Positions 1 through 10,487 are shown, counted from the stretch's first letter. The stretch is 64,000 nucleotides of DNA from Alphaproteobacteria bacterium (GCA_965237415.1 CBDEFM010000002.1:160001-224000); one strand, 5' to 3'. Notes: generated by a model not told the origin, from the sequence alone. Numbers and translations: made by a program.

Positions 1-2
1 GC

Positions 3-182
3 GCCGTCATCCTGGTGCACAACCACCCCTCGGGCGACCCCAGCCCGTCGCGCGCCGATATCGAGCTCACCAGGGAGGTCGCGAAGGCCGGCGCCACGCT
101 CGGCGTGACCGTCCACGATCATCTGGTGATCGGCCGCTCCCGCCACGTCTCGTTCAGGGACGCGGGCCTGCTGCAGGACTGA
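3..182 (+). CDS. radC: RadC/JAB-domain protein, 3' end (starts before the window)
   Basis: Manual translation AVILVHNHPSGDPSPSRADIELT...VHDHLVIG...SFRDAGLL* shows the HNHPSG..D JAB motif. Not in the ORF track. Confidence 0.9.
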   Translation, partial: AVILVHNHPSGDPSPSRADIELTREVAKAGATLGVTVHDHLVIGRSRHVSFRDAGLLQD

Positions 183-217
183 GGCCGTCGCCCCCTAATA
201 GGGCGATGGGGACTGAG

Positions 218-1171
218 TTACTGCGAGCCCGTCCCGAACGCGTGGCGCAGCGCGGCGCAGGCGGCGGCCTGCGCCTCGGCAGCCGCGTCGAACCGCCCGG
301 TGGCGGTCCAGAAGCCGTGGATGTGGCCCTCGTAGTTGCGGTGGTCGGTGGGCACACCCGCGGCCTTCAGCTTCTCCGCATAGTCGCGCCCCTCGTCGAA
401 GAGGGGGTCGTGGCTCGCGGTCATCACCATCGCCGGCGGCAGGCCGCTCAGATCGTCGGCGCGGATCGGCGCGGCGCGCACGTCCGCGCGTTCGGAGTCG
501 TCGTTGAAGTAGCAATCGAAGAACCAGGCCATGGCTTCGGCGGTCAGCACATAGCCCTCGCCGAAGGTCTTGTAGGACTCGCGCCCTTCGTCCGTGTCGG
601 TAACGGGATAGACAAGGAGCTGGAAGACCAGCGGCGGCCCGCCCTCTTGCTTCGCCCGCTGCGCCGTGACGGCGGCGAGGCAGCCGCCGGCGGAATCGCC
701 GCCGACCGCGATGCGCGCCGGGTCGCCGCCGATCTCGGCGCAGTTCTCGGCCACCCAGCAGAGCGACGCCCAGACGTCGTCCGTGGGCTTGGGAAACTTG
801 TTCTCCGGCGCCTTGCAGTAGTTGACGCCGACGACGATGCAGCCGGCCCCCTGGCAGAGCGCGCGGCAGACACCGTCGTGGGTGTCGATGCTGAGCACCA
901 CGTAGCCGCTGCCGTGGAAGTTGACGTAGACCGGCAGCGGCTCGGCGGGATCGGCCCCCTCGGGCCAGTAGAGGCGGACGCGGATCGGCCCGTTGGGGCC
1001 TGGAATGTCGCGGTCCTCGACGCGCCCGACGGCGACGCCCGGCGCCTGCATGCTCATGACCAGATCGTGGAAGCCCTCCCGCACCTCGGCGAGCGGGCGT
1101 TCCTTGATCGGCGGCACCTCGATCGCGTTGAACTCGTCGCAGAACGCCTGAACCTGCGGATGCAGAGCCAT
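218..1171 (-). CDS. Alpha/beta hydrolase, HSL family esterase/lipase
   Basis: FHGSG oxyanion motif, GDSAGG nucleophile elbow, HDPL and HGF catalytic Asp/His regions. Confidence 0.9.
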   Translation of the reverse strand: MALHPQVQAFCDEFNAIEVPPIKERPLAEVREGFHDLVMSMQAPGVAVGRVEDRDIPGPNGPIRVRLYWPEGADPAEPLPVYVNFHGSGYVVLSIDTHDGVCRALCQGAGCIVVGVNYCKAPENKFPKPTDDVWASLCWVAENCAEIGGDPARIAVGGDSAGGCLAAVTAQRAKQEGGPPLVFQLLVYPVTDTDEGRESYKTFGEGYVLTAEAMAWFFDCYFNDDSERADVRAAPIRADDLSGLPPAMVMTASHDPLFDEGRDYAEKLKAAGVPTDHRNYEGHIHGFWTATGRFDAAAEAQAAACAALRHAFGTGSQ

Positions 1172-1377
1172 GATGATCCCTCGCGCGTGCTGGTCTGGCC
1201 GTGGTGCATCTTAACCCGGAATTCCCACCTCGGTCATGGCCTGTGCCGCGGAATCGCGCGAAGCATTCGTCTCGTGTACGATCCGGTCGTCTCTGCCGGC
1301 GGCGCACGGCGCCCGTGCAGCGGACAACGCGCGCTCCAATGGGACAATTCGATGCGCGCAGCGATGAGGTCGGTCAC

Positions 1378-1836
1378 ATGCAAATGACGAAGTACAGCGA
1401 CTATTCATTGAGGGCTCTCATTTATCTGGGCCTCAACCGGCACCGGCGCTGCACGATCCGGGAAATCGCCGATGCCTACGGCATTTCCGAGAACCACCTG
1501 ATGAAGCTGATCCATCAGCTCGGTCAGGAGGGATTCATCAGGACGATCCGGGGCAAGAACGGCGGCCTGGAACTCGCGATGCCGGCGAGCGAGATCAATC
1601 TGGGCGAGGTCTTCCGCGCCACCGAAGGGAATTGTCAGCTGGTCGAGTGCTTCGCAGGACGGGAGAAGAACACGTGCCCGATCGCCGGACCGTGCCGCTT
1701 GACCGGCGTTTTGGAGACGGCCCTGCAGGCCTTCCTCGAGGTGCTGGATCAATACACGCTCGAGGACATGCTGAAGCCGGCGCCGGCATTTCAGCGCATA
1801 TTCGCGGCCAGAGAGGAAGGCAGGTTCCTGTCGTGA
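1378..1836 (+). CDS. nsrR: Rrf2-family Fe-S transcriptional regulator, NsrR-like
   Basis: MQMTKYSDYSLRALIYL, IS.NHLMK, RGKNGG, C-terminal Cys ligands (VEC...NTC...PC). Adjacent to nirK. Start moved to ATG 1378. Confidence 0.85.
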   Translation: MQMTKYSDYSLRALIYLGLNRHRRCTIREIADAYGISENHLMKLIHQLGQEGFIRTIRGKNGGLELAMPASEINLGEVFRATEGNCQLVECFAGREKNTCPIAGPCRLTGVLETALQAFLEVLDQYTLEDMLKPAPAFQRIFAAREEGRFLS

Positions 1837-1929
1837 CGGACGGGGCTTCACCGAACAGCCGCCGCCGGAGGTCTTGCGAACGACGCTCGGCATGTCGCTC
1901 CTGTGCCCGCCCCTCCCATCGCGATGGGC

Positions 1930-1967
1930 AAAAAATGGGCTGCTCCCGGAAGTCTGGGAGCAGCCCG
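1930..1967 (-). terminator. Intrinsic terminator downstream of nirK
   Basis: Hairpin GGGCTGCTCCC...GGGAGCAGCCC (1937-1966) preceded by an A run on +, giving a U tail on -. Confidence 0.7.
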
Positions 1968-1981
1968 TGTGACTCGACGGC

Positions 1982-3091
1982 CTAGGCCGTCATCATGGTC
2001 GGCGGCTGGACCTGCGTCATCAGGTCGTGGTCCCATTCGCCCTGCACGCTGACAATGGCCAGCGCGCCCAACTGGACGGCCTCGATCAGGTTGTGCGACA
2101 GATACACATAGACACCCGACTGCCGGAAGGTATAGAGCGCCGCCCCGGCGGAGCCGCCGCGGATGAACCAGGTCTGGAGCCCTTCCGCCGGCGGGTCGGC
2201 GAAGGAGCCCTGTTCCCAGACATAGTCGCCGTGGCCGCCGATCAGGTGCGGCCTGGAATCGCGGTTGGCCTGGGAATGGATGAACAGCACGGACTCGCCG
2301 ACGTTGGCCGTCATCGCATTGTCGCCGGTGAGCGCGCCGACCTTGCCGTTGAACACCACGTGGGTCGGCGTCAGCGTCTGCATGACGTCGAACATGTCGG
2401 CCATGCCATCGGTATGGTCGGCGTAATCCATGAAATCGCCATCGGCATCGCGGGGCACGTAATAGTCCTGCTCACCGATATAGTAGGCCCGGTCGTAGCG
2501 GAGCGGGTTGCCGTGGCGGTCCTTGAGCCCGTCTCTCGGCAGCACCATGACGGCGCCGTTCATGCCGGAGACGACGTGGAAGGGGATCATCGAGCCGCCC
2601 GGCGCGCAGTGATAGATGTAGGTGCCCGGCTTGGTCGCCTTATAGCGCAGCTTGACCTGCTCGCCTGGCGAGATGAGCGTGAGGCCGCCGCCGCCGAGCG
2701 AGCCGGTCGACGCATGGAAGTCGATATTGTGCTCGAAGACGTTGCTCGCCGGGTTCTTGAGCGTGAGCTCGATGTAGTCGCCCACGTGGCAGATCATCAG
2801 CGGCCCCGGGATCCAGCCGTTGAACGACAGCGTGTTGAGCATGGTGCCGTCGTCGTCGATCTCCCGCCTGTCCTCGGTGGAGGTGAGCTCCACCTCGATG
2901 ATCTTCGGGCCGCCCGTGGCGACCTGCTCATGCGCCGGGACGTAGGGCGGGGCGACGAGCTCCTGCTTGACCCGCGGGAGGCCGCTCAAGTCCACCTCGC
3001 TGGCCGAGGCCATCATGACGGGGGTCGCGGCCGAGGCAACGCCCAACGCGCCGCCGATCTTCAGAACGTCACGCCTGTTTACATGTAGCAT
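1982..3091 (-). CDS. nirK: Copper-containing nitrite reductase, Tat-exported
   Basis: Tat signal RRDVLK. Cu-site motifs HNIDFH, YHCAP, HVVSGM, RPHLIGG, YLSHNL. Confidence 0.95.
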   Translation of the reverse strand: MLHVNRRDVLKIGGALGVASAATPVMMASASEVDLSGLPRVKQELVAPPYVPAHEQVATGGPKIIEVELTSTEDRREIDDDGTMLNTLSFNGWIPGPLMICHVGDYIELTLKNPASNVFEHNIDFHASTGSLGGGGLTLISPGEQVKLRYKATKPGTYIYHCAPGGSMIPFHVVSGMNGAVMVLPRDGLKDRHGNPLRYDRAYYIGEQDYYVPRDADGDFMDYADHTDGMADMFDVMQTLTPTHVVFNGKVGALTGDNAMTANVGESVLFIHSQANRDSRPHLIGGHGDYVWEQGSFADPPAEGLQTWFIRGGSAGAALYTFRQSGVYVYLSHNLIEAVQLGALAIVSVQGEWDHDLMTQVQPPTMMTA

Positions 3092-3207
3092 GGCTGCATT
3101 CTCCTGATCCGCTGTTAACTCATCGCGTGGAATCGATTCGCCCGAACGCGCATCGGTTCTGCAATCGGCGTACTCGACGATTCACCGAGACGACCCACGG
3201 GCATTAG

Positions 3208-3242
3208 AAGATGTATTCTGAATGAAGGTTCGGGGCCGTCAA
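3208..3242 (-). promoter_or_regulatory. Putative NsrR box overlapping a candidate nirK promoter
   Basis: AAGATGTATTC-T-GAATGAAGGTT (3208-3230) is an imperfect 11-1-11 inverted repeat resembling AAGATGYATTT-N-AAATRCATCTT. On the minus strand TTGACG-N16-CAGAAT overlaps it. Confidence 0.65.
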
Positions 3243-3275
3243 GCGGCAACTGGAATGCGCGGGCCGACATACCTC

Positions 3276-3355
3276 CCGGCAGGCGCCGATATGGCATAGC
3301 GCCGGCAGGCGCCGGGATGGCATAGCGCCGGCAGGCACAGGGGCGGGGCATTGCG
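3276..3355. repeat. 26-bp tandem repeat (2 good copies plus 1 degenerate)
   Basis: CCGGCAGGCGCCG(AT/GG)ATGGCATAGCG at 3276 and 3302, degenerate copy at 3328. Confidence 0.7.
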
Positions 3356-3423
3356 CCCGGCCGGTGGCGGGACAACAATGCACCCGCCGGAGCCAAACGG
3401 CACGCACGGGGAGGCGAAGGGCG

Positions 3424-5418
3424 ATGAACGAGAGCGCGAGCAGCAACATCACCGTAGGCGCGGAGACGCTCCGCGATCTCTACGTCACCATGCGCCGCAT
3501 CCGCGCCTTCGAGGACAAGACCGCCGACCTCTTCCAGGAAGGCGTCGTCAAGGGCACGGCCCACAGCTACAAGGGCGAGGAGGCGATCGCCGCCGGCGTC
3601 TGCGCGACGCTGCGCGACGACGACATCATCGCCTCCTATCACCGCGGCCACGGCCACTGCATCGCCAAGGGCGCGCGCATCGACCGCATGATGGCGGAGC
3701 TGATGGGCCGCCAGACCGGCTATTGCCAGGGCCTCGGCGGCTCCATGCACATCGCCGACATGGAGCTCAACATCATGGGCGCGAACGGCATCGTGGGCGC
3801 GGCCATGCCGCTCGCCACCGGCGCCGGCCTCGCCGCCAAGCTGCAAGGGACGGACCAGGTGGCGGTCGCCTTCTTCGGCGACGGCGCGTCCAACCAGGGC
3901 GTCTTCCACGAATCGCTCAACCTGGCGGCGGTGTGGAAGCTGCCGGTGATCTTCGTCTGCGAGAACAACCAGTACGCGCTCTCCACCTCCTATCGGAACA
4001 CCACGGCCGTCTCCCAGGTCTCGAACCGCGCGGCCTCCTACGAGATCCCCGGCATCACCGTGGACGGCAACGACGGCGTCGAGGTCTATCTCGTGCTGCG
4101 CGAGGCGGTGGACCGCGCCCGCGCCGGCGAGGGGCCGACGCTGATCGAGGCGATGACCTACCGCCACGGCCAGCACTCGCTCCGCGTCAACCTGCGGGAC
4201 CCGCGGCCGGAGGACGAGATTCAGTTCTGGATGGATCGCGACCCCATCGCGCGCATGGAGAAGCGCCTCACGACCGAGGGCGGGTTCTCCGCAGAGCAGT
4301 TCGACGAGACCACGCAGGCGGTCGACGAGGAGATCGAGACCGCCGTGACCTTCGGCCGCGAGAGCCCGGAGCCGCAGGTGCAGGTCATGCTCGATGCCGT
4401 CTACGCCCCCCACGCGGCGCACACCGAGCCGGGGCCCGATACCGAGCGCATGCTCTCCTACCCCGAGGCGCTCAACGAGGCGCTGGATCAGGAGATGCTG
4501 CGCGACGACCGGGTCTTCCTCATGGGCGAGGACGTGGGCGCCACCGGCGGCATCTTCGGCGTCTCCAAGGGGCTGATGGAGCGCTACGGGCCGGAGCGCG
4601 TGCGCGACACGCCGATCTCCGAGGCCACCTTCGTCGGCTGCGGCGTCGGCGCAGCCATCGCCGGGATGCGCCCGGTGGTGGAAATCCAGATCTTCGACTT
4701 CGTCGCGCTCACCATGGACATGCTGGTCAACCAGGCGGCCAAGTTCCGCTTCATGCTGGGCGGCAAGCCCACCGTGCCCCTGGTGGTGCGCGGACCGCAA
4801 GGCGGCGGCATCCGCCTCGCGGCCCAGCACAGCCAGAGCCTGGAAGCGTGGTTCACCCACGTGCCGGGGCTGGTGGTGGCGGCGCCCTCGACCCCCTACG
4901 AGGCGAAGGGGCTGCTGGTCGCCGCGATCCGCGACAACAACCCGGTGATCTTCCTGGAGCAGAAGCTGCTCTACCTCGGCGGCACCGGCCCGGTGCCGGA
5001 GGAGCTTTACGCCATCCCCTTGGGCAAGGCCGACATCAAGCGCGAGGGCACCGACGTCACCGTGGTCGCGACGTTGGCCATGGTGCCGCGCGCGCTGAGC
5101 GCCGCCACGGTGCTGGAGCGCGACGGCATCAGCGTCGAGGTCATCGACCCCCGCACCCTGCAGCCGCTGGATGAGGAGACGATCCTCAGCAGCGTGCGCA
5201 AGACCAACCGCCTCCTCATCGTGCACGAGGCCTGGGTGCGCGGCGGCTTCGGCGCCGAGGTCTCGGCCATGGTGGTGGACAAGGCCTTCGACTATCTCGA
5301 CGCCCCTATCGCCCGCCTCGGCGCCCCCCACACGCCGATGCCCTACAACGACCGCCTCGAGCTCGAGGTCATCCCCTCCCAGGAGCGCATCGTGGAGGCG
5401 ATCCGCGGGTTGCTGTAG
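3424..5418 (+). CDS. 2-oxoacid/acetoin dehydrogenase E1, fused alpha+beta subunits
   Basis: HRGHGH, GGSMH, ThDP motif GDGASNQG...ENN, then beta domain GEDVG, DTPISE, QHSQ. Confidence 0.9.
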   Translation: MNESASSNITVGAETLRDLYVTMRRIRAFEDKTADLFQEGVVKGTAHSYKGEEAIAAGVCATLRDDDIIASYHRGHGHCIAKGARIDRMMAELMGRQTGYCQGLGGSMHIADMELNIMGANGIVGAAMPLATGAGLAAKLQGTDQVAVAFFGDGASNQGVFHESLNLAAVWKLPVIFVCENNQYALSTSYRNTTAVSQVSNRAASYEIPGITVDGNDGVEVYLVLREAVDRARAGEGPTLIEAMTYRHGQHSLRVNLRDPRPEDEIQFWMDRDPIARMEKRLTTEGGFSAEQFDETTQAVDEEIETAVTFGRESPEPQVQVMLDAVYAPHAAHTEPGPDTERMLSYPEALNEALDQEMLRDDRVFLMGEDVGATGGIFGVSKGLMERYGPERVRDTPISEATFVGCGVGAAIAGMRPVVEIQIFDFVALTMDMLVNQAAKFRFMLGGKPTVPLVVRGPQGGGIRLAAQHSQSLEAWFTHVPGLVVAAPSTPYEAKGLLVAAIRDNNPVIFLEQKLLYLGGTGPVPEELYAIPLGKADIKREGTDVTVVATLAMVPRALSAATVLERDGISVEVIDPRTLQPLDEETILSSVRKTNRLLIVHEAWVRGGFGAEVSAMVVDKAFDYLDAPIARLGAPHTPMPYNDRLELEVIPSQERIVEAIRGLL

Positions 5419-5462
5419 CGCCGCCCCGCCCCTCACCGCGTTCGCGTCCGACGCCCCGTTTC

Positions 5463-5671
5463 GTCATGGCCGGGCATGCCCGGACTCGTTCCGGGCATCC
5501 GGCCATCCGCGGGGCAGCCCGGCAGGATGGAGGGGGACGAACGCGCGGATGCCCTGATCCCCGGCCATTCCCCCCACGCCGTCATGCCCGGACTCGTTCC
5601 GGGCATCTTCTTCCGCCAGGCCCGTCAGAGTGGGCGATCACGTGGATGGCCGGAACTAGTCCGGCCATGAC
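5463..5671. repeat. Cluster of REP-like palindromes (GTCATGCCCGGACTCGTTCCGGGCATC type)
   Basis: Copies at about 5463-5508 (nested), 5581-5607 and inverted at 5645-5671. Confidence 0.8.
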
Positions 5672-5714
5672 GCGGTGGGGGCGTGGGCGGTCTGAAAACC
5701 ACCCCGAGACGAAA

Positions 5715-5896
5715 ACGGGATTCCGCGAAACATTAATTCTGAAGCGGGATTCGCCGGGATTAAGTGGGATAAGTGGGATTCCACGGGCCAGCCGACCCCA
5801 GGCCTCCTTTGCCGTGGCCCCATGACTCTCCCTTCCCCACATCATGGCGCGATCTTCGCCCAAGCGCCGCGCGCCTTGCACCGCACCTTGGTCCGG
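5715..5896 (+). repeat. Dispersed GGGAT-array element, copy 1
   Basis: 44-bp core 5744-5787 is identical to the reverse complement of 11779-11822. Second box CACCGCACCTTGGTCCGG at 5879-5896. Confidence 0.85.
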
Positions 5897-5949
5897 GGAA
5901 GTACCGCGTGCCTGCAAGGTCACGCGCGCGGGACAGGAGCGCGGCCCGC

Positions 5950-6168
5950 CCCCACCTCACCCCGGCCCTCTCCTCCCCCGAGGGGAGGAGAGGGAGAAAA
6001 GGCTGGCGCCGCCCACGTTCCTCCCCCGCCCTCCGGGCCCTAGAGGACGAGCATGGCCCATGCCACCTGCGTCCCCTGTCCGCCCTTCTGCGTTTGAGAA
6101 GAAGAGCAAAGTCGGTGCCGCCTGCGTCCCCCCTCCGCCTTCGGGGGAGGGGGACAGGGGGAGGTGGG
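5950..6168. repeat. Second REP-like family (CCCTCACCCCGGCCCTCTCC...GGAGAGGG type), inverted pair
   Basis: GC-rich hairpins at about 5950-5996 and 6128-6168. A related hairpin lies near 52655-52710. Confidence 0.6.
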
Positions 6169-6175
6169 TTGGGCC

Positions 6176-7496
6176 GGTACAGACCGGATAGATAGGTAAC
6201 AGAATGGACCGGATAGATGGGTGACAGGTTATGGCAGGGCCAGGAGGTGGCCGATGCCGTGGAAGGAGACCTGTCGCATGGAGGAGAAGTTGGTTTTTGT
6301 CGCAGACTGTCTGCGTGGCGAGTTGCCGATGACAGCGCTTTGCGAGGACTACGGCATCAGCCGCAAGACGGGCTACAAATGGCTCGGTCGCTATCGCGAG
6401 CACGGCCCGGAGGGCCTGGTGGAGCGCTCTCGTGCGCCGCACCGTCATGGTCGGTCGATGGCGCCGGAGATGGCCGAAGCGATTGTTGCTCTGCGCAGGC
6501 AGCGTCCCCATTGGGGTCCGCGCAAGCTGCGCGCAGTGCTGATGGGAGAGCGCCCCGAGGCGGTGTGGCCTGCGGCCAGCACGATGGGCGATCTGCTGCG
6601 TGCGGAAGGGCTGGTGAGCGCCCGCCGCCGGCGTCGTCGGGTAGCTGCGCCTGGTCGGCCGTTCCGTGCCGTCACCGCACCCAACGATGTGTGGTGCATC
6701 GACTTCAAGGGTTGGTTCCGCACCCGCGACGGCGAACGCTGCGACCCGCTGACCGTCAGCGACGCTTACAGCCGTTTCCTTCTGGCCTGTGTCATCGTCC
6801 CGCCCCGGACCGACACGGTCCGTGTGGCGGTCGAGCAGCTCTTCAAGCGCTACGGCCTGCCTCTGGCCATCCGCTCGGACAACGGGGCACCGTTCGCCGG
6901 AACGGGCGCGGGCGGACTGTCTCGTCTGTCGGTCGGCTGGATCAAGGCCGGCATCGCGTTGGAGCGCATCGAGCCGGGCCAGCCCCAGCAGAACGGACGG
7001 CACGAGCGCATGCATCGGACCTTGAAGGCCGAGACGGCCAAACCGCCGGCCGCGAGTGCGGGCCAGCAGCAGGTCCGCTTCGACCGCTTCCGCCAGGACT
7101 TCAACGACAACCGTCCCCACGAGGCGCTTGGCCAGCAGCCGCCTGCGGCGTTCTACCGGCCCTCGCTGCGGCCTTACCCCGAACGCCTGGACGAGCCCTG
7201 GTACGATGCCTGGCACGCCATGCGCCGGGTGCGCACCGACGGGTCCATCAAGTGGGGCGGCGACCTGGTCTTCATCAGCGAGACGCTGAAGGGCGAACCC
7301 GTCGGCATCGCCGAGACCGACAGCGGCGACTGGATCGTTCGCTTCGCCGACATCGACCTCGGCATCATCGATCGCCGGACGAAAAAACTTCATGGCTTCC
7401 GCGCGGCCCGGCCGGGCCGCGCGGAAGCCAAACAAACGACGAACACTGTTACCCATGTAACCGGTCCATAGCGTTACCTATGCTTCCGGTTGCACA
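6176..7496 (+). mobile_element. IS481-family insertion sequence
   Basis: About 50-bp imperfect terminal IRs with internal repeats (GTACAGACCGGATAGATAGGTAACA... / ...GTTACCTATGCTTCCGGTTGCACA). Target duplication unclear. Confidence 0.85.
6254..7471 (+). CDS. IS481-family DDE transposase
   Basis: MPWKET start, HTH, WCIDFKG, RSDNG.PF, PQQNGRHERMHRTLK. Confidence 0.9.
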   Translation: MPWKETCRMEEKLVFVADCLRGELPMTALCEDYGISRKTGYKWLGRYREHGPEGLVERSRAPHRHGRSMAPEMAEAIVALRRQRPHWGPRKLRAVLMGERPEAVWPAASTMGDLLRAEGLVSARRRRRRVAAPGRPFRAVTAPNDVWCIDFKGWFRTRDGERCDPLTVSDAYSRFLLACVIVPPRTDTVRVAVEQLFKRYGLPLAIRSDNGAPFAGTGAGGLSRLSVGWIKAGIALERIEPGQPQQNGRHERMHRTLKAETAKPPAASAGQQQVRFDRFRQDFNDNRPHEALGQQPPAAFYRPSLRPYPERLDEPWYDAWHAMRRVRTDGSIKWGGDLVFISETLKGEPVGIAETDSGDWIVRFADIDLGIIDRRTKKLHGFRAARPGRAEAKQTTNTVTHVTGP

Positions 7497-7574
7497 GCCG
7501 CCCCGCGTCCTTGGGCTGCTACGAAGTGACGAAGCCCGAATTACGCGTTTCAGATACCGCCGCCGGACCTCCGC

Positions 7575-7790
7575 TCAGGAATCCGCGCCATGCCCGGCCG
7601 TCAACTCGTGATCGTATTGGGCGGCCTCGGCCGGTGGCTCGGCGCGACTGATCGCCTCAATCTCGGCGTCGGAGAGCTCTTCTACGGCAAGCGCTTGACG
7701 CTGCGGGCGTTTGACGCGCTCATACTCGCTCAATGGGGTAATCACGCGCCGCTTTCTTTCATTCCGTACGGTTGCGACATCACGGTAGCT
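7575..7790 (-). pseudogene. Phd/YefM-like antitoxin remnant
   Basis: C-terminal ..SEYERVKRPQRQALAVEELSDAEIEAISRAEPPAEAAQYDHEL resembles prevent-host-death antitoxins. N-terminus is degenerate and no toxin follows. Confidence 0.45.
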
Positions 7791-7903
7791 GACACTACGC
7801 TGCGAATCGGAGTAATATACTGCGACCGTCGCGCAAACCAAATGGACAGAGATTGGTTGGTGACGAAAGTCCGAGACCAACACGGGCGGTTTAGGATGAA
7901 GCC

Positions 7904-8851
7904 ATGAGTGCTCCAAGAGCCTTTATTTCTTACTCGTGGGACGACGATTCACACAAGCAGTGGGTCGCCGACTTAGCTACTGATCTTCGCAATGATGGTG
8001 TGGATGCCAAATTAGATCAATGGCATGCAGTTCCAGGCGATCAGCTGCCGGTCTTTATGGAAAGAGAAATTCGAGAGAACGATTATGTTCTAATTGTTTG
8101 CACACCCAACTATCGCTTGAAATCCGATGCCAGAAAGGGAGGTGTCGGCTACGAGGGCGACATAATGACCGCTGAGGTTCATACTCAGGGAAATCACCGG
8201 AAGTTTATTCCGGTTCTTGCGAGAGGGACATGGGAAGAATCTGCTCCGTCGTGGTTGAAGGGAAAGTATTACGTTGATCTGAGCAACGAAGCGAATTATG
8301 GGACCAATTACTCAGGCCTTACGGCTACACTGCTCAATCGAAGACCAACTGCTCCGCCGGTACGAACGCTGCCGACACCGTCCGCACGGCCCGCACGGCC
8401 CATACCAACGCACATGGAAAGCGAGAGCAAGGCCATCGCAGATGAGCCAATCAAGATTATTGGTGTCATCGTCGATGAAGTTACTGTGCCGAAGCTGAAT
8501 AATACACCCGGCTCGGCACTCTATGCTGTACCACTTCGTCTTAGCCGGGCACCTTCACAGTTATGGTCCAATATATTCGTGCAGACGTGGAATTGTCCTC
8601 CTAGCTTAACCACTAAACACCGCCCCGGAATTGCTAGCGTGCAAGGCGCGAGGATCATTTTGAACGGCACGACAATAGACGAGATTAGGAAATATCATCG
8701 CACCACTCTAATATCTTGCATCAACGCCGCGAACAGAAGGGAACGAGAGATCCATGAGATCCAGCGCCAAGAGAACGAGTCGTTATCCCGCAAAATAGCC
8801 TCTCATCGCAAGGAAGTGGAGGACGTAGCAGCGGACTTATCTTTCGACTAG
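7904..8851 (+). CDS. TIR/SEFIR-domain protein with C-terminal domain of unknown function
   Basis: AFISYSWD..HKQWV..LA..L...GVD..LDQW, VLIVCTP.Y, GGVGYE, KFIPVL. Visibly lower GC than the flanks. Confidence 0.85.
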   Translation: MSAPRAFISYSWDDDSHKQWVADLATDLRNDGVDAKLDQWHAVPGDQLPVFMEREIRENDYVLIVCTPNYRLKSDARKGGVGYEGDIMTAEVHTQGNHRKFIPVLARGTWEESAPSWLKGKYYVDLSNEANYGTNYSGLTATLLNRRPTAPPVRTLPTPSARPARPIPTHMESESKAIADEPIKIIGVIVDEVTVPKLNNTPGSALYAVPLRLSRAPSQLWSNIFVQTWNCPPSLTTKHRPGIASVQGARIILNGTTIDEIRKYHRTTLISCINAANRREREIHEIQRQENESLSRKIASHRKEVEDVAADLSFD

Positions 8852-9047
8852 CGTCTTGCTTTTAGACAACAAATATAGGCGGTGCAGACGTAGTCCACTT
8901 TAGGCGCAAGTTGCGACTCTCCGCTATCACCTCCCTTTGCTCCGACAACATTGGTCCCCGACTTGGTGACCGCCTAACCACACTGTGTCGCCGGTAGTGT
9001 GCTATGGTCACCGGTAACACCAATATGGCGATAGGGAAGCGGAAGGT

Positions 9048-10223
9048 GTGATGACCTCCAACCGGATGCCTGGCCTGGATTTCGGGCTCGGCGAGACGGC
9101 GGACATGATCCGCAGCTCGGTCGAGAGCTTCGCGCAGGCTGAGATTGCGCCGCGGGCGGAGGAGATCGACGCGAGCAACGAGTTCCCGCGCGACCTCTGG
9201 CCGCGGCTCGGCGATCTCGGGCTTCTCGGCATCACCGTGGATGAGGAGGAAGGCGGCAGCGGGCTCGGCTATCTGGAGCATTGCGTCGCCATGGAGGAAG
9301 TGAGCCGGGCGTCGGCCTCGGTCGGGCTCAGCTACGGCGCGCACTCCAACCTCTGCGTCAACCAGATCAAGCTGAACGGCACCCCCGCCCAGCGCGCCCG
9401 CTACCTGCCCAAGCTGATCTCGGGCGAGCACGTCGGCGCGCTCGCCATGAGCGAGCCGGGCGCGGGCTCGGACGTGGTGGGCATGCGCACGCGGGCCGAA
9501 CGCCGGGGCGATCGCTACGTCCTCAACGGGTCCAAGATGTGGATCACCAACGGGCCGGACGCCGAGGTCCTCGTGGTCTACGCCAAGACCGACCCCGACG
9601 CCGGCAGCCGGGGCATCACCGCCTTCCTCATCGAGAAGGGCATGCCCGGCTTCTCGACGGCCCAAAAGCTCGACAAGCTCGGCATGCGCGGCTCAAACAC
9701 CTCAGAATTGGTGTTCGAGGACTGCGAGGTGCCGGCGGAGAACGTGATCGGCGAGCCGGGCCAGGGCGTGCAAGTGCTGATGAGCGGGCTCGACTACGAG
9801 CGCACGGTGCTCGCCGCCGGCCCCTTGGGCATCATGCGGTCCTGCATGGACATCGTGCTGCCCTACGTCCACCAGCGCCAGCAGTTCGGCCGGCCCATCG
9901 GCACCTTCCAGCTCATGCAGGGCAAGCTCGCGGACATGTACACGGCGATGAACGCGGCGCGGGCTTACGTCTACGCCGTGGCGCGCGCGTGCGATCGCGG
10001 CGAGACCAGCCGCAAGGACGCCGCCGGTGCCATCCTCTTCGCCGCCGAGAAGGCCACCTGGATGGCGCTGGAGGCGATCCAGGCCCTGGGCGGCAACGGC
10101 TACGTCAACGAGTTCGCCACCGGGCGGCTGCTGCGCGACGCCAAGCTCTACGAGATCGGCGCCGGCACCAGCGAGATCCGCCGCATGCTCATCGGCCGCG
10201 AGCTCTTCGACGAGACGGAGTGA
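9048..10223 (+). CDS. ivd: Isovaleryl-CoA dehydrogenase
   Basis: [51 protein letters not shown]. Confidence 0.92.
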   Translation: MMTSNRMPGLDFGLGETADMIRSSVESFAQAEIAPRAEEIDASNEFPRDLWPRLGDLGLLGITVDEEEGGSGLGYLEHCVAMEEVSRASASVGLSYGAHSNLCVNQIKLNGTPAQRARYLPKLISGEHVGALAMSEPGAGSDVVGMRTRAERRGDRYVLNGSKMWITNGPDAEVLVVYAKTDPDAGSRGITAFLIEKGMPGFSTAQKLDKLGMRGSNTSELVFEDCEVPAENVIGEPGQGVQVLMSGLDYERTVLAAGPLGIMRSCMDIVLPYVHQRQQFGRPIGTFQLMQGKLADMYTAMNAARAYVYAVARACDRGETSRKDAAGAILFAAEKATWMALEAIQALGGNGYVNEFATGRLLRDAKLYEIGAGTSEIRRMLIGRELFDETE

Positions 10224-10402
10224 CCGCGCGCGGGCGCTGACAGGATCGAACGCGCGCCCTCCACCCTACCGGGCCGCAGGCCCGGACGACGCGACTGCGC
10301 CGCGCGCGTATGCGCGTAGGCAAGCGAGCGTCGCGCGTATACACGCGCGCGGGAGCACGTTACTCGCGCCCGCCGTTGAGGGATATGAACGAGTCTAGGC
10401 GC

Positions 10403-10429
10403 AGCGTTACCCATGCTTCCGGTTGCACA
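10403..10429 (+). mobile_element. Solo IS481 right end
   Basis: AGCGTTACCCATGCTTCCGGTTGCACA matches 7470-7496 at 26/27 nt and stops at the same terminal ACA. Confidence 0.75.
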
Positions 10430-10487
10430 CTTCGGGGCGCTTGCCGGCGGTTGCGGTGCTTCCTATCGTGTCGTAGAGCATCCCTCA

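Noticed and set aside
3229-3355. FNR/NnrR box or sigma54 promoter in the nirK-E1 intergenic region
   Set aside because: Only a half match to TTGAT-N4-ATCAA is present, and TGGCAT lacks a correctly spaced TTGC.
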